A stretch of DNA of 64,000 nucleotides from Candidatus Poribacteria bacterium (lineage in GTDB: Bacteria; Poribacteria; WGA-4E; WGA-3G), in the NCBI GenBank assembly GCA_965198235.1, contig OZ240248.1:352001-416000 (forward strand). The letters are read 5' to 3'. The notes beneath the pieces are model-generated. The model was given only the letters and a program-made list of their open reading frames with translations. It had not been told where the DNA came from and made no database searches. This document shows positions 1-11,700 of this stretch, piece after piece. Each line of letters begins with the position of its first letter. Position 1 is the stretch's first letter. Both the position numbers and the translations under genes were made by a program.

Positions 1-120
1 GTGCTCAAAAGGGTTCTGACTTCACCAGAAACCATCGTGGAATGAAATTAGGTTTCCTTAAATGGCATAATTTGTCTTTGCTTTACTTATGGAACGATGA
101 CCAAATTTAATAATTTAAAA
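1..120. repeat. Partial copy of a dispersed intergenic repeat (same family as 41894-42212)
   Basis: GACTTCACCAGAA (18-30) recurs at 42148-42160; GGCATAATTTGTCT(T/C)TGCTTTAC (64-86) recurs at 42043-42065. Confidence 0.7.
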
Positions 121-124
121 AACG

Positions 125-1519
125 ATGACCAAATTTAATAGTTTAAAGAACCCCATTGTTGCGATCGTCGGCAGACCGAATGTCGGGAAATCATCACTTT
201 TCAATCGAATCGCTGGAAATAGCCGTCAGCAGTCATCAATCAGCAGTCAGCAAGAACCGAGAGCCGAAAGCCGTCCCCCGCGCAAATACGCAGTCGTCCA
301 TGATACACCCGGTGTGACGCGCGACAGGAACTACGCTGACGTGGAATGGGCAGACCGCGCTTTTACCATTGTAGATACCGGCGGTTTGGACATCAATCCG
401 GACGACCGGCTTATCGATAATGTTCAATCGCAGGTGGATGTTGCCTTGGCTGAAGCGAGCCTCATCCTCTTTGTCGTTGATGCCCGAACTGGCATCATGC
501 CACACGATATGGTTGTCGTTGATAAACTCAGAGCTGCTGATAAACCTATCTTCCTCGTCGTCAATAAGGTAGATAGCGACCGATTTCACAATGAAGCTGC
601 CGAGTTTTACGCACTCGGATTCGCAGAGCCAATGTGGACATCGTGTGTCCAAAATGATGGGATTCGGGAACTACTCGACCGCGTCGTTGAAACCCTCCCA
701 GAGACCGACGAAACTGTCCACGACGCGCCTCCTACAATGAAAATCGCTATTGTTGGCAGACCGAATGTCGGGAAATCCTCGCTTATCAACAGTTTGTTAG
801 GTGAAGAGCGGATGATTGTCGATGACCGACCCGGGACTACGCGCGATGCGGTGAATATCCGAATCGTTCACGACAATATCCCTTTTGAAGTAGTTGATAC
901 GACGGGAATGCGGCGTAAATCTGCTATCAACGATGAACTTGAATCCGTAACCGTGCAACGTGCGATACACAGCATTCGCCAAAGCGACATCGCTGTACTC
1001 GTACTGGACGTAACCCAGGATGTCGCACAACAGGATAAGGCGATCGCCAATTTCATTGAACGGCAGGGGAAAGCCTCCGTTTTAGTCATGAACAAGTGGG
1101 ATCTAATCGATAAGGATAACACAACGCATCCGGCATTTATGGATGCGATAGATGTGCAACTCCCGCAACTCGGTTATGTCCCACGTGTTTTTGTTTCCGC
1201 TCTAAGTGGGCAACGCGTTACCCAAATATTGACGACTGCACTTGAGGTCTACCGTGAGTATTGTACGCACATCCCTACACCCGCACTCAACGACTTGCTT
1301 CTGGAGTTGCGCAATGCCCATCCACCCCCGCGGGTTAAAGGGGCGCGCCCTGCACTCAAGTATATCACGCAGATGGAGACTAAACCGCCCACTTTCTTAA
1401 TCTTCGGACGGAATGTCCATCGCGTGCAGCAGCCGTATGAGGCTTACCTCGTCAACAGTATTCGGAAGGAATTCGGATTTCACGGCACACCGATACGGAT
1501 TTTTTTTCGCAGATCATAA
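125..1519 (+). CDS. der: Ribosome biogenesis GTPase Der (EngA)
   Basis: Two GTPase domains (GRPNVGKSS twice, DTGG/DTTG, NKVD/NKWD) and KH-like C-terminus ending FGFHGTPIR. Confidence 0.97.
   Translation: MTKFNSLKNPIVAIVGRPNVGKSSLFNRIAGNSRQQSSISSQQEPRAESRPPRKYAVVHDTPGVTRDRNYADVEWADRAFTIVDTGGLDINPDDRLIDNVQSQVDVALAEASLILFVVDARTGIMPHDMVVVDKLRAADKPIFLVVNKVDSDRFHNEAAEFYALGFAEPMWTSCVQNDGIRELLDRVVETLPETDETVHDAPPTMKIAIVGRPNVGKSSLINSLLGEERMIVDDRPGTTRDAVNIRIVHDNIPFEVVDTTGMRRKSAINDELESVTVQRAIHSIRQSDIAVLVLDVTQDVAQQDKAIANFIERQGKASVLVMNKWDLIDKDNTTHPAFMDAIDVQLPQLGYVPRVFVSALSGQRVTQILTTALEVYREYCTHIPTPALNDLLLELRNAHPPPRVKGARPALKYITQMETKPPTFLIFGRNVHRVQQPYEAYLVNSIRKEFGFHGTPIRIFFRRS
218..273. repeat. Heptamer-type palindromic repeat fragment inside der
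   Basis: 218-249 matches intergenic 2674-2705 at 29/32 nt. Confidence 0.8.
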
Positions 1520-1526
1520 TCTATAA

Positions 1527-1672
1527 TTAGCTGTCGGCGGATTGGCTTTCGGCTTTCAATTATCAGTTATCAATCACAAGAGGTTTTTGATAATCCCGGG
1601 GGAAATCCGCAGAAATACTGTTTTTGCTTGGGCGTTTCTTAAGCAAAAACACACCTCTTTGCTGACTGCCAT
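1527..1672. repeat. Palindromic heptamer-repeat intergenic element
   Basis: GGCTTTC/GTTATCA heptamers; left arm is the reverse complement of the right arm of 2659-2792; AAGAGG...CCTCTT core. Confidence 0.7.
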
Positions 1673-1688
1673 AAAAAGGAGGAATGCC

Positions 1689-2660
1689 TTGTCACAATTT
1701 AAAGTTTTTATTACGCGTCCTATCCCGGAAGAGATCCGTGCGAAGATAGCAGAAGAATGCGAGGTCGATATGTGGCACACGAGTGCCATTTTACCGCCCA
1801 TTGCTGAAAGAATTCCGCCACTTGATGGGTTAATGACTTATGGACATGAACCTGTCTCTCCAGAGATGATTGCTACAGCACCGAATCTCAAAGCTATCTC
1901 TGTCGTCGGGGTCGGTTATGACCATGTTCCTGTTGAGACGTGTAGAGAACGAGGGATCGCGGTTGGACATACACCCGGGATCCTCAGTGATACCACCGCC
2001 GATATGACGATGGCACTCCTGCTCGCCACTGCTCGAAATATTGTTCCCGCCTATAACCATGTCCAAGTTTCTAAAGAGTGGACGTACTATGACCCAAACA
2101 TTCTTTGGGGGACCGATGTACATCATGCGACTTTAGGGATTGTAGGCATGGGACGAATTGGGCATGCGGTCGCCAAACGCGCCAGAGCCTTTGACATGCG
2201 TGTCCTCTACTACAAACGTGAACGCCGCCCTGACTGGGAACAGGAACTCGGCGTGGAATACGTAACACTTGAAAATCTATTAGAAGTTTCCGATTTTGTG
2301 ACACTTCACGTCCCATTGACGGAGGAAACAACGCACTTTATCGGTGAAGCGGAACTCGCTTTGATGAAAAAGACAGCTATTTTAGTCAATATCGCGAGAG
2401 GTCCCGTCGTTGACCACTACGCTTTGTATGACGCACTCAAACAAGGGCAGATTGCAGGTGCCGCCGTTGATGTAACCGAGCCGGAACCGCTCAATACCGA
2501 TCATCCGCTTCTCAGTTTGGACAATGTTATCATTGCCCCGCATCTCGGTAGTGCAACTGTCCAGACTCGGATGAAAATGATGACAATGGCGATGGAGAAT
2601 TTGCTTGCGGGTTTAAAAGGAGAGCAACTGCCCTATGGAGTACTTCAGCCAAACTTTTAA
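1689..2660 (+). CDS. D-isomer-specific 2-hydroxyacid dehydrogenase (glyoxylate reductase / D-glycerate dehydrogenase)
   Basis: GIVGMGRIG, NIARG, DVTEPEP, PHLGSAT motifs; TTG start at 1689 follows AGGAGG. Confidence 0.9.
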   Translation: MSQFKVFITRPIPEEIRAKIAEECEVDMWHTSAILPPIAERIPPLDGLMTYGHEPVSPEMIATAPNLKAISVVGVGYDHVPVETCRERGIAVGHTPGILSDTTADMTMALLLATARNIVPAYNHVQVSKEWTYYDPNILWGTDVHHATLGIVGMGRIGHAVAKRARAFDMRVLYYKRERRPDWEQELGVEYVTLENLLEVSDFVTLHVPLTEETTHFIGEAELALMKKTAILVNIARGPVVDHYALYDALKQGQIAGAAVDVTEPEPLNTDHPLLSLDNVIIAPHLGSATVQTRMKMMTMAMENLLAGLKGEQLPYGVLQPNF

Positions 2661-2792
2661 TAGCAGTCAGCAGAATAGCCGTTAGCAATCAGCAATCAGC
2701 AGTCAATTTTAAGAGGTTTTCGTTTAAGAATACCCTCTTCTTGCTGATAGCCGATAGCCGACTGCTGAAAGCCAATTCGCTGACAGCCGATA
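2659..2792. repeat. Palindromic heptamer-repeat intergenic element
   Basis: TCAGCAA/TCAGCAG left arm, GATAGCC right arm, AAGAGG...CCTCTT core. Confidence 0.75.
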
Positions 2793-2803
2793 AAGGTGGG
2801 AAG

Positions 2804-4132
2804 ATGATACTTGAAAAACTATTTGCGTTAAAAGAGAGCGGCACTTCCTTGAGACGCGAATTCGTTGCAGGTCTCACGAATTTTATGACGATCTCATATA
2901 TAATTTTCGTGCAGCCCTCAATGCTTTCGTTGTCTGGTATGGATTATGGTGCCGTTATGGTTGCGACCTGCCTATCCAGTGCACTCGCGACGTTCTGCAT
3001 GGCATATTTTACGAATTATCCTGTTGTATTGGCTCCCGGTATGGGTCTTAACGCCTATTTCGTTTTTGACCTTTGCTTAGGTTCAGGCATACCTTGGCAG
3101 GAAGCGTTGGGTATTGTTTTCATAGCAGGTATGCTGTTTTTCATACTCTCGTTTGTGGGGATACGTGAAGCCATCATGAATGCCCTCCCACACTCGCTTC
3201 AAAATGCGATTGCTATCGGGATTGGGCTGTTTATTGCTTTCATCGGACTACAGATGAGTGGCATCATTACAAAAGATCCCGCTACATTTATTACGCGCGG
3301 TAATCTCGATTCCAGGCCCGTCCTCCTCTCAATTTTCGGTATTGCTGTAACGCTCACACTCATCGCACGTAAGGTGCGAGGTGCTATTCTGATCGGTATT
3401 CTTGTTTCAACTGTCGCCAACCTCATTTTCGGAATTGCCGCGTATGATGGAATCGTCGCGTCGCCCCCGTCTATCATGCCAACGTTCTTTAAACTACAGC
3501 TTCCGAATATATTCGACAAACTGGAACTCATTCCCGTTATCTTTGTGTTTTTTGCCATTGACATGTTTGATAGCATTGGCACACTCACAGCTATCGGCTA
3601 TCGGGCGGAACTCCTCAAAGAGGGAAAACTCACAAAAGCCAGAGGGGCACTTTTGACGGATGCAGGAAGTACCGTTGGCGGTGCCTTACTCGGCACCTCG
3701 ACTGTGACATGTTACATCGAAAGCGCAACGGGCATCACTGAAGGCGGACGGACAGGTCTCACCGCTGCCGTTACAGGGATTTTCATGTTGCTGTCTCTTT
3801 TTTTATATCCGCTTGTTAAGATTGTTGGGGGTGGATTTCAGATTAGCCAATCTGCTTTCCTTTATCCGATTATCGCGCCAGCACTCATCGTTGTCGGTGG
3901 ATTGATGCTCAGGAATGTCAGCCAGATTGATTGGGAGGACATCACGGAATCGATCCCTGCGTTCCTTACGATGCTGATGATGCCGCTCTCCTTCAGTATT
4001 ACAGACGGCATCGGCTTCGGGTTTATCTCGTTAGCGTTTCTGAAGTTAGTGACGGGTCGCAGGAAAGAGATTCATCCTATTATATACTACTTCGCGCTCT
4101 TTTTCATCGCCTGCTACATCGGTCATCTGTAG
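2804..4132 (+). CDS. NCS2 family permease (AzgA/PbuG-like purine permease)
   Basis: Polytopic membrane protein with APGMGLNAYF and YIESATGITEGGRTGLTA. Confidence 0.92.
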   Translation: MILEKLFALKESGTSLRREFVAGLTNFMTISYIIFVQPSMLSLSGMDYGAVMVATCLSSALATFCMAYFTNYPVVLAPGMGLNAYFVFDLCLGSGIPWQEALGIVFIAGMLFFILSFVGIREAIMNALPHSLQNAIAIGIGLFIAFIGLQMSGIITKDPATFITRGNLDSRPVLLSIFGIAVTLTLIARKVRGAILIGILVSTVANLIFGIAAYDGIVASPPSIMPTFFKLQLPNIFDKLELIPVIFVFFAIDMFDSIGTLTAIGYRAELLKEGKLTKARGALLTDAGSTVGGALLGTSTVTCYIESATGITEGGRTGLTAAVTGIFMLLSLFLYPLVKIVGGGFQISQSAFLYPIIAPALIVVGGLMLRNVSQIDWEDITESIPAFLTMLMMPLSFSITDGIGFGFISLAFLKLVTGRRKEIHPIIYYFALFFIACYIGHL

Positions 4133-4157
4133 GAGACACTTTCTCCCGAATCTAATA

Positions 4158-4179
4158 GGTGCGGTTCCCTAACCGCACC
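4158..4179. repeat. REP-like hairpin
   Basis: GGTGCGGTT-CCCT-AACCGCACC; related hairpins near 43451, 47478 and 50102. Confidence 0.6.
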
Positions 4180-4226
4180 GAAACAAAACGACTACAACTA
4201 CAACACGGAAAAAGGAACAATCCTAA

Positions 4227-7200
4227 ATGCCTCGCATTTTCGATAACATCGACCAACCGCTGCTCCCCGCACTCCAACAAACGCTTGAAAACGCCACGCA
4301 TGCCGATTTTTGTGTTGGCTATTTCAACCTCCGTGGATGGAGAGGACTCGGATCTTACGTTGAGAATTGGAACGGCGGCGAAGGCGAATGCTGCCGCTTG
4401 CTCGTCGGGATGCAACGCTTACCTGAAGAAGAACTCCGAGGAGCCAAGCGGCTTGCTAAGCAGGACGGTAGGATTGACAATCAAACGGCACTCCGTCTCA
4501 AACGGAGATTAGCAGAAGAATTCCGAGAACAATTGACCGTAGGTGTGCCGACGCATGTAGACGAAATAGGCTTACGCCAATTGGCGCAGCAACTTCGCGC
4601 CGAGAAGGTGAAGGTGAAGTTATTCCTCCGACACACCCTCCATGCGAAACTCTATCTGATTTATCGCTCTGACATAATTACACCAACTGTCGGTTACCTT
4701 GGCAGTAGCAACCTGACCCTCGCCGGACTCTCACAACAAGGAGAACTCAACGTTGATGTCGTTGACTCGGATTCTTGTGACAAGTTAGAGGAATGGTTTG
4801 AAGACCGATGGGACGACCGGTGGTGTATTGATATTTCTAAGGAATTGGTTGAGATTATTGAGCAGAGTTGGGCGCGTGAGGAGCTCATTCCGCCATATCA
4901 TATTTATATCAAGATGGCGTATCACCTCTCGCAAGAGGCTCGCGCTGGATTGACTGAATTTCAGATTCCACGCGAGTTTGAGGACAAACTCTTTGAATTC
5001 CAAACCGCTGCCGTGAAAATCGCAGCGCATCACCTCAACAGACGCGGCGGTGTGCTAATAGGCGATGTCGTCGGACTCGGTAAAACGCTCATGGGAACAG
5101 CATTGGCGCGCATACAGGAAGACGATTACGACCTTGAAACACTAATTATTTGCCCGAAGAACCTCGTCAACATGTGGGAAAACTATCGGGAGCAATACCG
5201 CCTGCGGGGGAGAGTGCTCTCAATTAGCCGAGTCATCAATGAATTGCCAGACCTTCGACGCTACCGACTTGTCATGATTGACGAAAGCCATAACCTCAGA
5301 AACCGTGAAGGTAAACGCTACCGCGCCATTCAGGACTATATCCAACAAAATGAGAGCAAGGTTATCCTCCTCTCTGCAACTCCTTACAACAAAACCTATC
5401 TTGATCTCTCTAATCAGCTCCGTCTCTTTGTTGACGAAACCGAAGACCTCGGCATTCGGCCGGAGCAATATATCAAGGTGTTGGGCGGTGAAACCGAGTT
5501 TATTCGCAAGCATCAAAGCGGGGTCCGCACACTTTCAGCGTTTGAACACAGTGAGTATATTGACGATTGGCGCGAACTGATGCGCCGGTATCTCGTCCGC
5601 CGCACGCGCACTTTCATCACGGAAAACTACGCCGAAACGGATCCCGATACAAAACGGACGTTCCTTTTATTTCCGGACGGCACGCGTTCCTACTTCCCTA
5701 CACGCGCACCAAAAACGATAAAGTTCTCAATTGATGAGCAAAATCCCGACGACACCTACGCGCAGTTGTACTCTCGTTCTGTCGTAAACACCATTAGCAA
5801 TCTTAAACTCGCCCGATATGGACTCGCAAATTACATCGTTGACACACCATCGGAACCGCCCACAGAAACCGAACAGCGGCAATTGCAAGACCTCTCGCGT
5901 GGCGGCCAGCGGTTAATGGGATTTTGCCGGACAGGTCTCTTCAAACGACTTGAAAGCAGCGGACAGGCATTTATCCAGTCCGTTGATCGGCATATTCTGC
6001 GAAACTATATCTTCCTCTACGCCATTGAGAACAATGAATCGTTACCGATCGGGTCCCAAAACGCTGAGATGCTCGATTCTCGGTTTGAGGATAGAGATAC
6101 CGATGATGCCACTCTCATCTTAGATGCCTCTGGTGATGATGATGACACGCAGCTTGATAGCACAAATTCACAAACCGGTTCATACACAGCCGATGATTAT
6201 AAACATCGCGCCGCTGAGATTTATGGACTCTACACAACAAAATATAAAAGTAGGTTTAAGTGGCTCCGTCCAAATCTTTTCCACCCGCTGCTTCGGAAAG
6301 AGTTGACCGAGGACGCGCTCGCACTCACCAAGATTTTGCAACAGTACGGCACGTGGGACCCCGAGAAAGACGCGAAACTCAACGCGCTTCAAGAACTCTT
6401 AATCCAGACACACCCAGACGATAAAGTCGTGGTTTTCACACAATTTGCGGATACCGTGCAGTATCTGACAGATGCCCTCTCAGAACGCGGGTTGACGCAA
6501 ATCGCCGCTGCGACCGGCGACTCGGCAGATCCCACAGCTTTAGCACACCGCTTTAGTCCCGTCAGCAATAATAAACGGGATAGAATTCAGCCCGAAGACG
6601 AATTACGGGTCCTCATCAGCACAGATGTCCTGAGCGAGGGGCAAAATTTACAGGATTGTGCAGTCGTTGTCAATTATGACTTACCGTGGGCAATTATACG
6701 CTTGGTGCAGCGTGCCGGCAGGGTTGACCGAATTGGTCAGATGGCGGAAGACATTTTGTGCTATTCGTTTCTACCCGCTGAAGGTGTGGAGCGCATCATC
6801 AACTTGCGTGGACGCGTCCGGGCGCGCCTTCGCCAGAATGCCGAGGTTGTCGGCACGGACGAAGCCTTCTTTGAAGATGACGGTGAAGAAGGCAACGAAG
6901 CGATCGTTAACCTCTATAACGAAAAGGCAGGTTTGCTTGACGATGCACAGGATAACGATGTTGACCTCGCCTCTCACGCGTATCAGATTTGGAAAAACGC
7001 CATTACGCAAGACCCAGATTTAGAAAAGATTGTTCCTGCACTCCCGTCTGTTGTCTATTCAACCCAATCGCACGTCCCAACCGATAACGAACCCGAAGGT
7101 GCGCTCGTCTACATCCGAACAGGACAAGAAAACGACGCACTGGCATGGATAGATCGAAACGGTCAGAGCGTAACGGAATCCCAGTTTGCAATTCTTCAAG

Positions 7201-7625
7201 CCGCAGCGTGCAAACCAGACACTGAAGCACTCTCACCCCTCGAAGAACACCATCGCCTCGTTGAAGAAGCCGCGAGTCTGATTGTCTCTGAGAAAAGGTC
7301 GGTTGGCGGACAACTCGGACGACCCTCCGGTGCGCGTTTCCGAACGTATGAACGCCTCACACAGCACGCCAACGACATGGAAGGCACACTCTTCAACACA
7401 CGGGAACTGAAACAGGTCATTGAAGCCATCTATCGCTATCCGCTGCGGCAGACGGCGACCGATACCCTCAACCGTCAACTCCGCAGTGGCATTTCCAACG
7501 AGGATCTCGCGGCGTTGGTGATTGATTTATGGGAAACAGATAGACTCTGTATTATTGAGGAAGAGCGGCAAACACGAGAACCCCAGATTGTCTGCTCACT
7601 GGGACTTCGTGCAAGCAGGGCATGA
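4227..7625 (+). CDS. PLD-family nuclease fused to SNF2-type helicase (restriction-like subunit)
   Basis: HAKLY...GSSNLT PLD motif; [27 protein letters not shown] helicase motifs. Confidence 0.9.
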   Translation: MPRIFDNIDQPLLPALQQTLENATHADFCVGYFNLRGWRGLGSYVENWNGGEGECCRLLVGMQRLPEEELRGAKRLAKQDGRIDNQTALRLKRRLAEEFREQLTVGVPTHVDEIGLRQLAQQLRAEKVKVKLFLRHTLHAKLYLIYRSDIITPTVGYLGSSNLTLAGLSQQGELNVDVVDSDSCDKLEEWFEDRWDDRWCIDISKELVEIIEQSWAREELIPPYHIYIKMAYHLSQEARAGLTEFQIPREFEDKLFEFQTAAVKIAAHHLNRRGGVLIGDVVGLGKTLMGTALARIQEDDYDLETLIICPKNLVNMWENYREQYRLRGRVLSISRVINELPDLRRYRLVMIDESHNLRNREGKRYRAIQDYIQQNESKVILLSATPYNKTYLDLSNQLRLFVDETEDLGIRPEQYIKVLGGETEFIRKHQSGVRTLSAFEHSEYIDDWRELMRRYLVRRTRTFITENYAETDPDTKRTFLLFPDGTRSYFPTRAPKTIKFSIDEQNPDDTYAQLYSRSVVNTISNLKLARYGLANYIVDTPSEPPTETEQRQLQDLSRGGQRLMGFCRTGLFKRLESSGQAFIQSVDRHILRNYIFLYAIENNESLPIGSQNAEMLDSRFEDRDTDDATLILDASGDDDDTQLDSTNSQTGSYTADDYKHRAAEIYGLYTTKYKSRFKWLRPNLFHPLLRKELTEDALALTKILQQYGTWDPEKDAKLNALQELLIQTHPDDKVVVFTQFADTVQYLTDALSERGLTQIAAATGDSADPTALAHRFSPVSNNKRDRIQPEDELRVLISTDVLSEGQNLQDCAVVVNYDLPWAIIRLVQRAGRVDRIGQMAEDILCYSFLPAEGVERIINLRGRVRARLRQNAEVVGTDEAFFEDDGEEGNEAIVNLYNEKAGLLDDAQDNDVDLASHAYQIWKNAITQDPDLEKIVPALPSVVYSTQSHVPTDNEPEGALVYIRTGQENDALAWIDRNGQSVTESQFAILQAAACKPDTEALSPLEEHHRLVEEAASLIVSEKRSVGGQLGRPSGARFRTYERLTQHANDMEGTLFNTRELKQVIEAIYRYPLRQTATDTLNRQLRSGISNEDLAALVIDLWETDRLCIIEEERQTREPQIVCSLGLRASRA

Positions 7626-7705
7626 ACGGATTCACTGCAACACTTGTGGGAGAGGTGTTTTGCTGGGGTGTTCCCTCGACATCCAGAGGCGTTGAATTGT
7701 TAAAT

Positions 7706-7757
7706 TGTCTGAATCGCGGATTACACGGATGACGCGGATTACACGGATTTTCAGACA
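7706..7757. repeat. Short CGGATTACA-type tandem repeat within TGTCTGAA/TTCAGACA inverted ends
   Basis: CGCGGATTACACGGAT twice; related reverse copy near 45378-45406. Confidence 0.6.
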
Positions 7758-7931
7758 TTTGCCATCCGATTATGTTACACGTAGCGTAGACTGTTAGTCT
7801 GCGTGCTTGTATACACAAACTAAAAGTTTATACCACAATTGCTCTCGGCAATCCTGCAAAACCTTGAACTCCAGTGACACATCGTATATAATTTGTAGAA
7901 ACCTAACATTCCTGCTACATGGAGACTTCAG

Positions 7932-8642
7932 ATGAAAAGCCCCAAATTTGTCGTCGGACATCTTATGGACGACCAATTGTTCGTCAAATCTGTCAAGATT
8001 CCAAAGCCCCTCGATTGGATCAAACAATTAGGAAGCGAAGAACTTGTTGAGTTTTTTGGGGAGTTCCTCAAACTGGTGACACACATTTCAGAAGGCAAGG
8101 AAAATAGCGAGACGCTTGAGGAATTTCTTGCTTATTGGCGCGAGATCGCATCAGAAATGGAAGATTACGAGGAAAATGACACGGAAAATTACGAGTCGTT
8201 TTTCAAATCTCTCGCCGATTCGCTCGGAACAGCCTTGATCAATTCCGGAGGGGATGTCTTGGCAAATATTGCTGAGGCAGAGCAGGAATTGGATTCGCCC
8301 TGGATAGATATTGTCGATGTCCAACATGAACAGGACCCACTGTTCCATAACATCTACATGGAGCCGGAGATCGCTGATGTGACGGAACAGCAGCGGGATC
8401 ATTACTTAACCCTATCTATCTCTGAACTCAGACTCCCTACCCGAGCCCACAATTGTCTCGAAAGGGCAAACATCTATACCTTACGAGCACTCGTCGAAAA
8501 AACAGAAGAAGAATTACTGCTGCTCAGTAATTTCGGGATGGTATCACTCCAAACAGTCAAAGCAGGACTCGCTCCCATGGGGCTTTACCTCGGAATGGAC
8601 CTGGACCCAGAGGAGATCAATGAGGACGAGGACTACGACTAA
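7932..8642 (+). CDS. Acidic protein with C-terminal RNA polymerase alpha-CTD domain
   Basis: SISELRLPTRAHNCLERANIYTLRALVEKTEEELL..SNFG..SL..VK..LA.MGL.LGM is the alpha-CTD consensus; no alpha-NTD. Confidence 0.85.
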   Translation: MKSPKFVVGHLMDDQLFVKSVKIPKPLDWIKQLGSEELVEFFGEFLKLVTHISEGKENSETLEEFLAYWREIASEMEDYEENDTENYESFFKSLADSLGTALINSGGDVLANIAEAEQELDSPWIDIVDVQHEQDPLFHNIYMEPEIADVTEQQRDHYLTLSISELRLPTRAHNCLERANIYTLRALVEKTEEELLLLSNFGMVSLQTVKAGLAPMGLYLGMDLDPEEINEDEDYD

Positions 8643-8663
8643 AATACTTTCAGAAATTGCTGG

Positions 8664-8713
8664 AGACGCTTTCCACTGAACATGACGAAGACGCTTTCCA
8701 CTGAACATGACGA
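8664..8713 (+). repeat. Perfect 25-bp tandem duplication upstream of the methyltransferase
   Basis: AGACGCTTTCCACTGAACATGACGA twice. Confidence 0.9.
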
Positions 8714-8727
8714 AAAGGAAAACATAA

Positions 8728-11700
8728 ATGCTTAACGTCCGGGAGACACGCCAATACCTCAAAGAATCCGACTTTGAAACCCTCTTTAACGAACTCGGTT
8801 GGGACAATCATGCCCAAACACTTCCCGTCACAGTAGATGAAACCGAATATCAACTTACTGCAATCGCCCAAAAACGTGGAATGGTTATTTTTCAGTGCTC
8901 AGCAACAGATGAAGGACATATCCCTGAACGTAAAACGCGCGAAAAGATCCAACGGCAAGTCGCAAAATCCTCTCATGAAAACTTCATCATCTACGCCAAC
9001 GCTGAGAAAACGACACAAATCTGGCAATGGGCAGGCCGAGAGCATGGAAAACCTATTACACGCCGTGAATACCCTTACGATCAGGGACAACCCGGTGAAC
9101 TCCTTATTCAAAAATTGCGTGCTATTGCCTTTGGTTTTGAAGAGGAAAAGCAGCTGACACTCCCTGACGTGATCGGACGCGTTCGGGCAAGTTTCGACGT
9201 TGAACGGGTCACCAAACGTTTCTATGACCGTTTCAAAAAAGAACATGACGCATTCCTTAAATTCCTCACGGGTATCCCAGACGAAGAGATGCAACGCTGG
9301 TATGCCTCCGTGATGCTCAACCGTCTGATGTTTATCTATTTCATTCAGAAGAAAAGTTTTCTGAACAACGACATAGACTACCTACACAACAAACTGACAG
9401 AGAGCAAAGAGAAGGGCAGTAACCAATACTACAAGGAATTCCTCTGTCCGCTTTTCTTTGAAGGATTCGCCAAACCGGAAGCCGAACGGCGCAGTGAAAT
9501 GCGTCGCCTACTTGGGAAAATCCCCTATCTCAACGGCGGCATCTTTCAAAAACACCAACTTGAGACACTCCACGGCGAAAACATTGAGATCCCCGACACT
9601 GCATTTGAGAAGCTTTTCAGGTTCTTTGAGCAGTACCAGTGGCATCTCGACGACCGTCCACTACGAAACGATAACGAGATCAACCCCGATGTCCTCGGCT
9701 ATATCTTTGAAAAATACATCAACCAGAAGCAAATGGGTGCTTACTACACCAAAGAGGACATCACAGACTATATCAGCAAAAATACGATAATTCCGTTCCT
9801 TTTTGATGCAGCACGAAAATCGTGCAAAATCGCCTTTGAAGGTGATACCGCTGTTTGGCAACTGCTGCAAGAAGACCCAGACCGTTATATCTACGAAGCC
9901 GTCAAAAAAGGGGTCGGATTGGATTTACCACCAGAAATTGCTGCCGGCATTGACGATGTCTGCAAACGCACCGACTGGAACAAGCCTGCATCCAATGATC
10001 ACGCTTTACCGACAGAGATCTGGCGGGAGGTCGTCGCACGGCGGCAGCGTTATGAAACCGTCCGAGCCAAACTCGCAAATGGAGAGGTCCGCGATATCAA
10101 CGATCTGATTACCTATAATCTCAACATCCGCCAATTCTCGCAGGATGTCATCGAAAACTGTGAGGGACCCGAATTGCTCCGCGCCTTCTGGAAAGCCATC
10201 ACCGAAGTGACTATCCTTGATCCCACTTGCGGCTCTGGCGCGTTCCTCTTTGCTGCTCTCAACATCCTCGAACCGCTCTACGAAGCGTGTCTGGATCGGA
10301 TGCAAGTCTTCTTAGACGAGGGTGGCGTGATCTCCAAATCACGCCCCTCCCGTAGATACAATGACTTCCGCGAAATCCTTGAACGCATTGACGAGCACCC
10401 GAACCGAGAGTATTTCGTCCTCAAATCCATCATCATCAACAACCTCTATGGTGTGGACATCATGGACGAGGCGATTGAGATTTGCAAGCTCCGTCTCTTC
10501 CTCAAAATGGTGGCACAGATCGAGGACGTGAGACGGATAGAACCACTGCCGGATATCGACTTTAACGTGCAGGCAGGCAATACTCTTGTCGGCTATGCGA
10601 CTTATGACGAGGTGAAAAATGCCGTCAGCAGTAATTTTGACTTTGACGACACGATGAAGCGTATTGAAGAGAGGGCTGAGGACGTTGAATACCTGTTTGA
10701 ACAGTTTCGCAAGCAACAGACCGAATTGGGTGGCACTGTGACGCTTGCTGACAAACAAGCACTGCAGGATAAACTCGAGGCATTAGAAGACGAACTCAAC
10801 GGATACCTTGCTGGAGAATACAAAGTAGATATGAACAAACAATCTGCTTACGAAAAGTGGCTAAATTCACACAAGCCTTTCCACTGGTTTATTGCCTTTT
10901 ACGGTATTCTTGAAGACGGTGGATTTGATGTCATTATCGGCAACCCGCCGTATAAGGAATATAGTGAGGTGAAGAAAAAATACACTGTAATAGAATATAA
11001 AACCGAAAAGTGTGGGAATTTGTATGCCATGTCAATTGAAAGGTCTTTTGGTTTAAGCAGAGGCCCAGTCGGAATGATCGTTCAACTCCCATTAGTATGC
11101 ACTGATCGCATGATACCAGCACAGTCACTTTTCAAATCTTCAAATAGGAAAAGCTGGTTTGCTAATTTTGATGATAGACCGGGAAAGCTCTTTGATGACT
11201 TACAACACATACGCGCCACCATCTTTCTTACTACACAAGAGAATGATTTGGACACTGCTATTCTATATTCCACTAAATATAATAGATGGTTCACAGAAGT
11301 CCGATCCATCTTGTTTGACGGTATAGTTTATGATGACATTACAGATTTTTGCACTGAGGGTGCGTTTCCCAAGATAGCGGATTCTGTGGAGAAACGCGTT
11401 GCTAGTAAACTCAGGAATGCTAAAAAACCTATTTTGACATTTAAGACTGGGAAATATTTTTGCCATTTTCACAATTCCCCTCAATATTGGATTCGGGCAA
11501 CCGATTTCATACCATATTTCTGGAACGAACAGGATGGAGAGAAAATTTCAACTCATGTTAAACCTTTGCATTTAACAACTGCATTAGATGCATCCATAGT
11601 CGCAGCAACTTTAAACAGTTCGCTTTTTTATTGGTGGTTTGTTATTCTTTCCAATTGCCGCGACTTAACTTTGCGTGAGGTTAGAAGTTTTCCAATCGCT

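Noticed and set aside
1542-2803. Long N-terminal extensions in the ORF track (starts 1542 and 2741; likewise 48933, 36100, 38548)
   Set aside because: They translate repeat or intergenic DNA; downstream starts fit the RBS or the family N-terminus better
7932-8642. rpoA
   Set aside because: Only the CTD is present, and there is no ribosomal operon context
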